Positions 1 to 64,000 of a stretch of DNA of 64,000 bases are shown one piece after another (the first letter of the stretch is position 1; every line of letters starts with the position of its first letter). The notes beneath the pieces are model-generated. The model was not told where the DNA came from and made no database searches. It saw only the letters and a program-made list of their open reading frames with translations. The translations under genes were made by a program, and so were the position numbers. Source of the stretch: Octopus vulgaris (lineage: Eukaryota); NCBI GenBank assembly GCA_951406725.2, contig OX597816.1:39680001-39744000 (forward strand). The letters are read 5' to 3'.

Positions 1-471
1 GTGTTAGGATATCAAAAGGAGTTGGTATAGAATTAATGAGACTTTAACCAGTCAGCTTCCTTCATGTATCTAAAGTATGTGGGGTTCAATTTGTTGAGTA
101 GTAAGTTCAGTGACGTACCGTGGATTTAGGAAGCCCTGTGCGGCGCTCAAATTGCCCGCTCCGTTTCTTTAGACATACTTCCTTATCTTTTTATCTCTTA
201 GCTTTCCTTTTCTTTTTTTTTTTTTTTGTAACTACATAGTTTCGGGTTAAGTTCTACTGCACGGCACTTTTCTCTACTGTTCCTTTGATCTGTTGTATAT
301 AGGGAATGTAAATAATTTTTTTATAGTCTTTTTGGAGAACCTGAGCATTTCGAGGTTCTGTATACATGCACACATGTATGTATGTATGTATGTATGTATG
401 TATGTATGTATGTATGTATGTATGTATGTATGTATGTATGTATGTATGTATGTATGTATGTATGTATGTAT

Positions 472-800
472 GCGCGGGGACATAGAAATAATCGGACTGA
501 ATACCCGATCGCGCGGTTAAACCATTGGGTGTGAAGGACTCCTAGCCTTTGTTAGGGCATCCTTCTAGGAGAAGGCAACTGGGATAACTCCGACATAAAG
601 CCTGCGGCTCAGTGGTTACCGATGATGTTGACTTGTTCTTCTTTTCGGATTATGGCTGCTGTTGCTTAGTGAGTGGGTTTGACTCAGTGCACAGCCTTTG
701 CTCACTTTAAAAAAAATCTTCTTGTACAGGCATTGCACGATAACAACATTGATTAAGCTTCGTGCAATGGCCATACTCGATAACGAGGTGGCAGCCATCA
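472..800. mobile_element. Unclassified approximately 330-bp insertion within a (TATG)n tract
   Basis: GC-richer block bounded by (TATG)n at 376-472 and 800-813. Confidence 0.45.
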
Positions 801-970
801 TGTATGTATGTATTTCATTATTCAGTTTTATTTCAAGATCTCTTGTCACTAGAGAAAAATATGGTTTCTAGCCTATATCCAAGGTTACGTGCGCACGTGT
901 GATTGTGTTTATTTTATATAAAAATTAGACTGTACAAATATAAAAATTATCAAATCATCATATTCTTCAG

Positions 971-62914
<61,944 letters not shown>

Positions 62915-62980
62915 AGAAATTAATCTACAATTTCTGCGACACGGTTGCATGTTGTGCGATTTTTCATGTGTAAAAGAAGC

Positions 62981-62986
62981 AATAAA
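62981..62986 (+). terminator. Candidate polyadenylation signal AATAAA
   Basis: First AATAAA, 66 nt after the stop codon; AT-rich background lowers certainty. Confidence 0.5.
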
Positions 62987-63523
62987 AATACTTTATAACA
63001 CACTTCGTTGGTCGTTATTACTATTAACATTATTATCACCAATGATAACTTATACCATAATTGAATATAGAGATTATTGTGACTTTTTCGTAAACATGAA
63101 GCCTGATATCTATGAAGGCGAATAGACAAGTGATAAGAGAGTGGTGTTGATGTTCATCAGGTCGTGGGCTCGATTTCTGGACAGGATTGTGTATAGTCAC
63201 TGAGCAAGGCATTTCATTTCCCGTTGAGTCAGTCTACTCAAATGATGAATACCCAACCGACTACTGGAGCAACCCTTCTCTCCTCCAGCTGCCATATCTT
63301 AGTTGTTTAGCTATGTCAAGTGGGAATAACGATAAAGCTGAAGTGAAGACCAAGTATATACTGCGTGTGGTTAATTGGCAAAAAATAATATAACCATCTC
63401 CAAATATAGCAATATACCTTTTAGCATTTATATTTTGTCTCATTCATTAGACTGCAGCCATGATGCTACACCACATTGAAGAATTTTACAGTTGAGCGAT
63501 TCACCCCAGTAGTTATACGCATG

Positions 63524-63577
<54 letters not shown>

Positions 63578-63670
63578 CGCACACATATATTCAAAATAAG
63601 CAACAAGGATATCCAGAGGTAATGCAATACGATCGTTTCATGCGACTCCATTTAATTGAACAATGCAAAC

Positions 63671-63702
<32 letters not shown>

Positions 63703-63703
<1 letters not shown>

Positions 63704-64000
63704 TGGAGGCGCAATGGCCCAGTGGTTAGGGCAGCGGACTCGCAATCGCAGACCGGGCGTTGTGAGTGTTTATTGAGCGAAAACACCTAAAGCTCCACAT
63801 GGCTCTGTCAGGGGATGGTGGCGAACCCTGCTGTACTCTTTCACCACAACTTTCTCTCACTCTTTGTTTCTGTTATACCTGTATTTCAAAGGGCCAGCCT
63901 TGTCACACCTTGTGTGTCACGCTGAATCTCCCTGAGAACTACGTTAAGGGTACACGTGTCTGTACACGTGTCTATAGAGCAGGCTGTTCCGTTGTTCGGA
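63703..64000 (+). mobile_element. SINE family C, runs off the window end
   Basis: Homology to 25140-25532; an older copy lies at about 34555-34860(-). Confidence 0.85.

Overview
Eukaryotic, AT-rich, microsatellite-dense animal DNA. The SINE, MITE and microsatellite landscape looks like an Octopus (coleoid cephalopod) genome; this is an inference from recalled repeat families, not a search result. The whole window is the 3' part of one plus-strand classical calpain gene. I can join 13 GT-AG coding exons (971-62914) with consistent phases into 383 aa plus stop: end of the CysPc protease core, the CBSW/C2-like domain III, a linker and the penta-EF-hand domain ending WMELMLYI*. One intron (35577-39892) is U12/minor-spliceosome type. 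The introns hold several tRNA-derived SINE families, mariner/maT fossils, piggyBac-, pogo- and 8-bp-TSD MITEs, a Helitron, CR1-group LINE 3' ends, two RLE-type LINE fragments and three Penelope-like element (PLE) fragments. The most striking hidden signal is about 12 minimal type-I hammerhead ribozyme motifs from at least 7 sequence families. They lie in PLE termini and in short non-coding elements embedded in (TA)n or (ATT)n microsatellites. Several carry recurrent non-canonical cores (A3-U8 swap, A6U, U4C, extra A after A9). Almost all ORFs in the supplied track are microsatellite or SINE artefacts. Coordinates of degenerate repeats are approximate.
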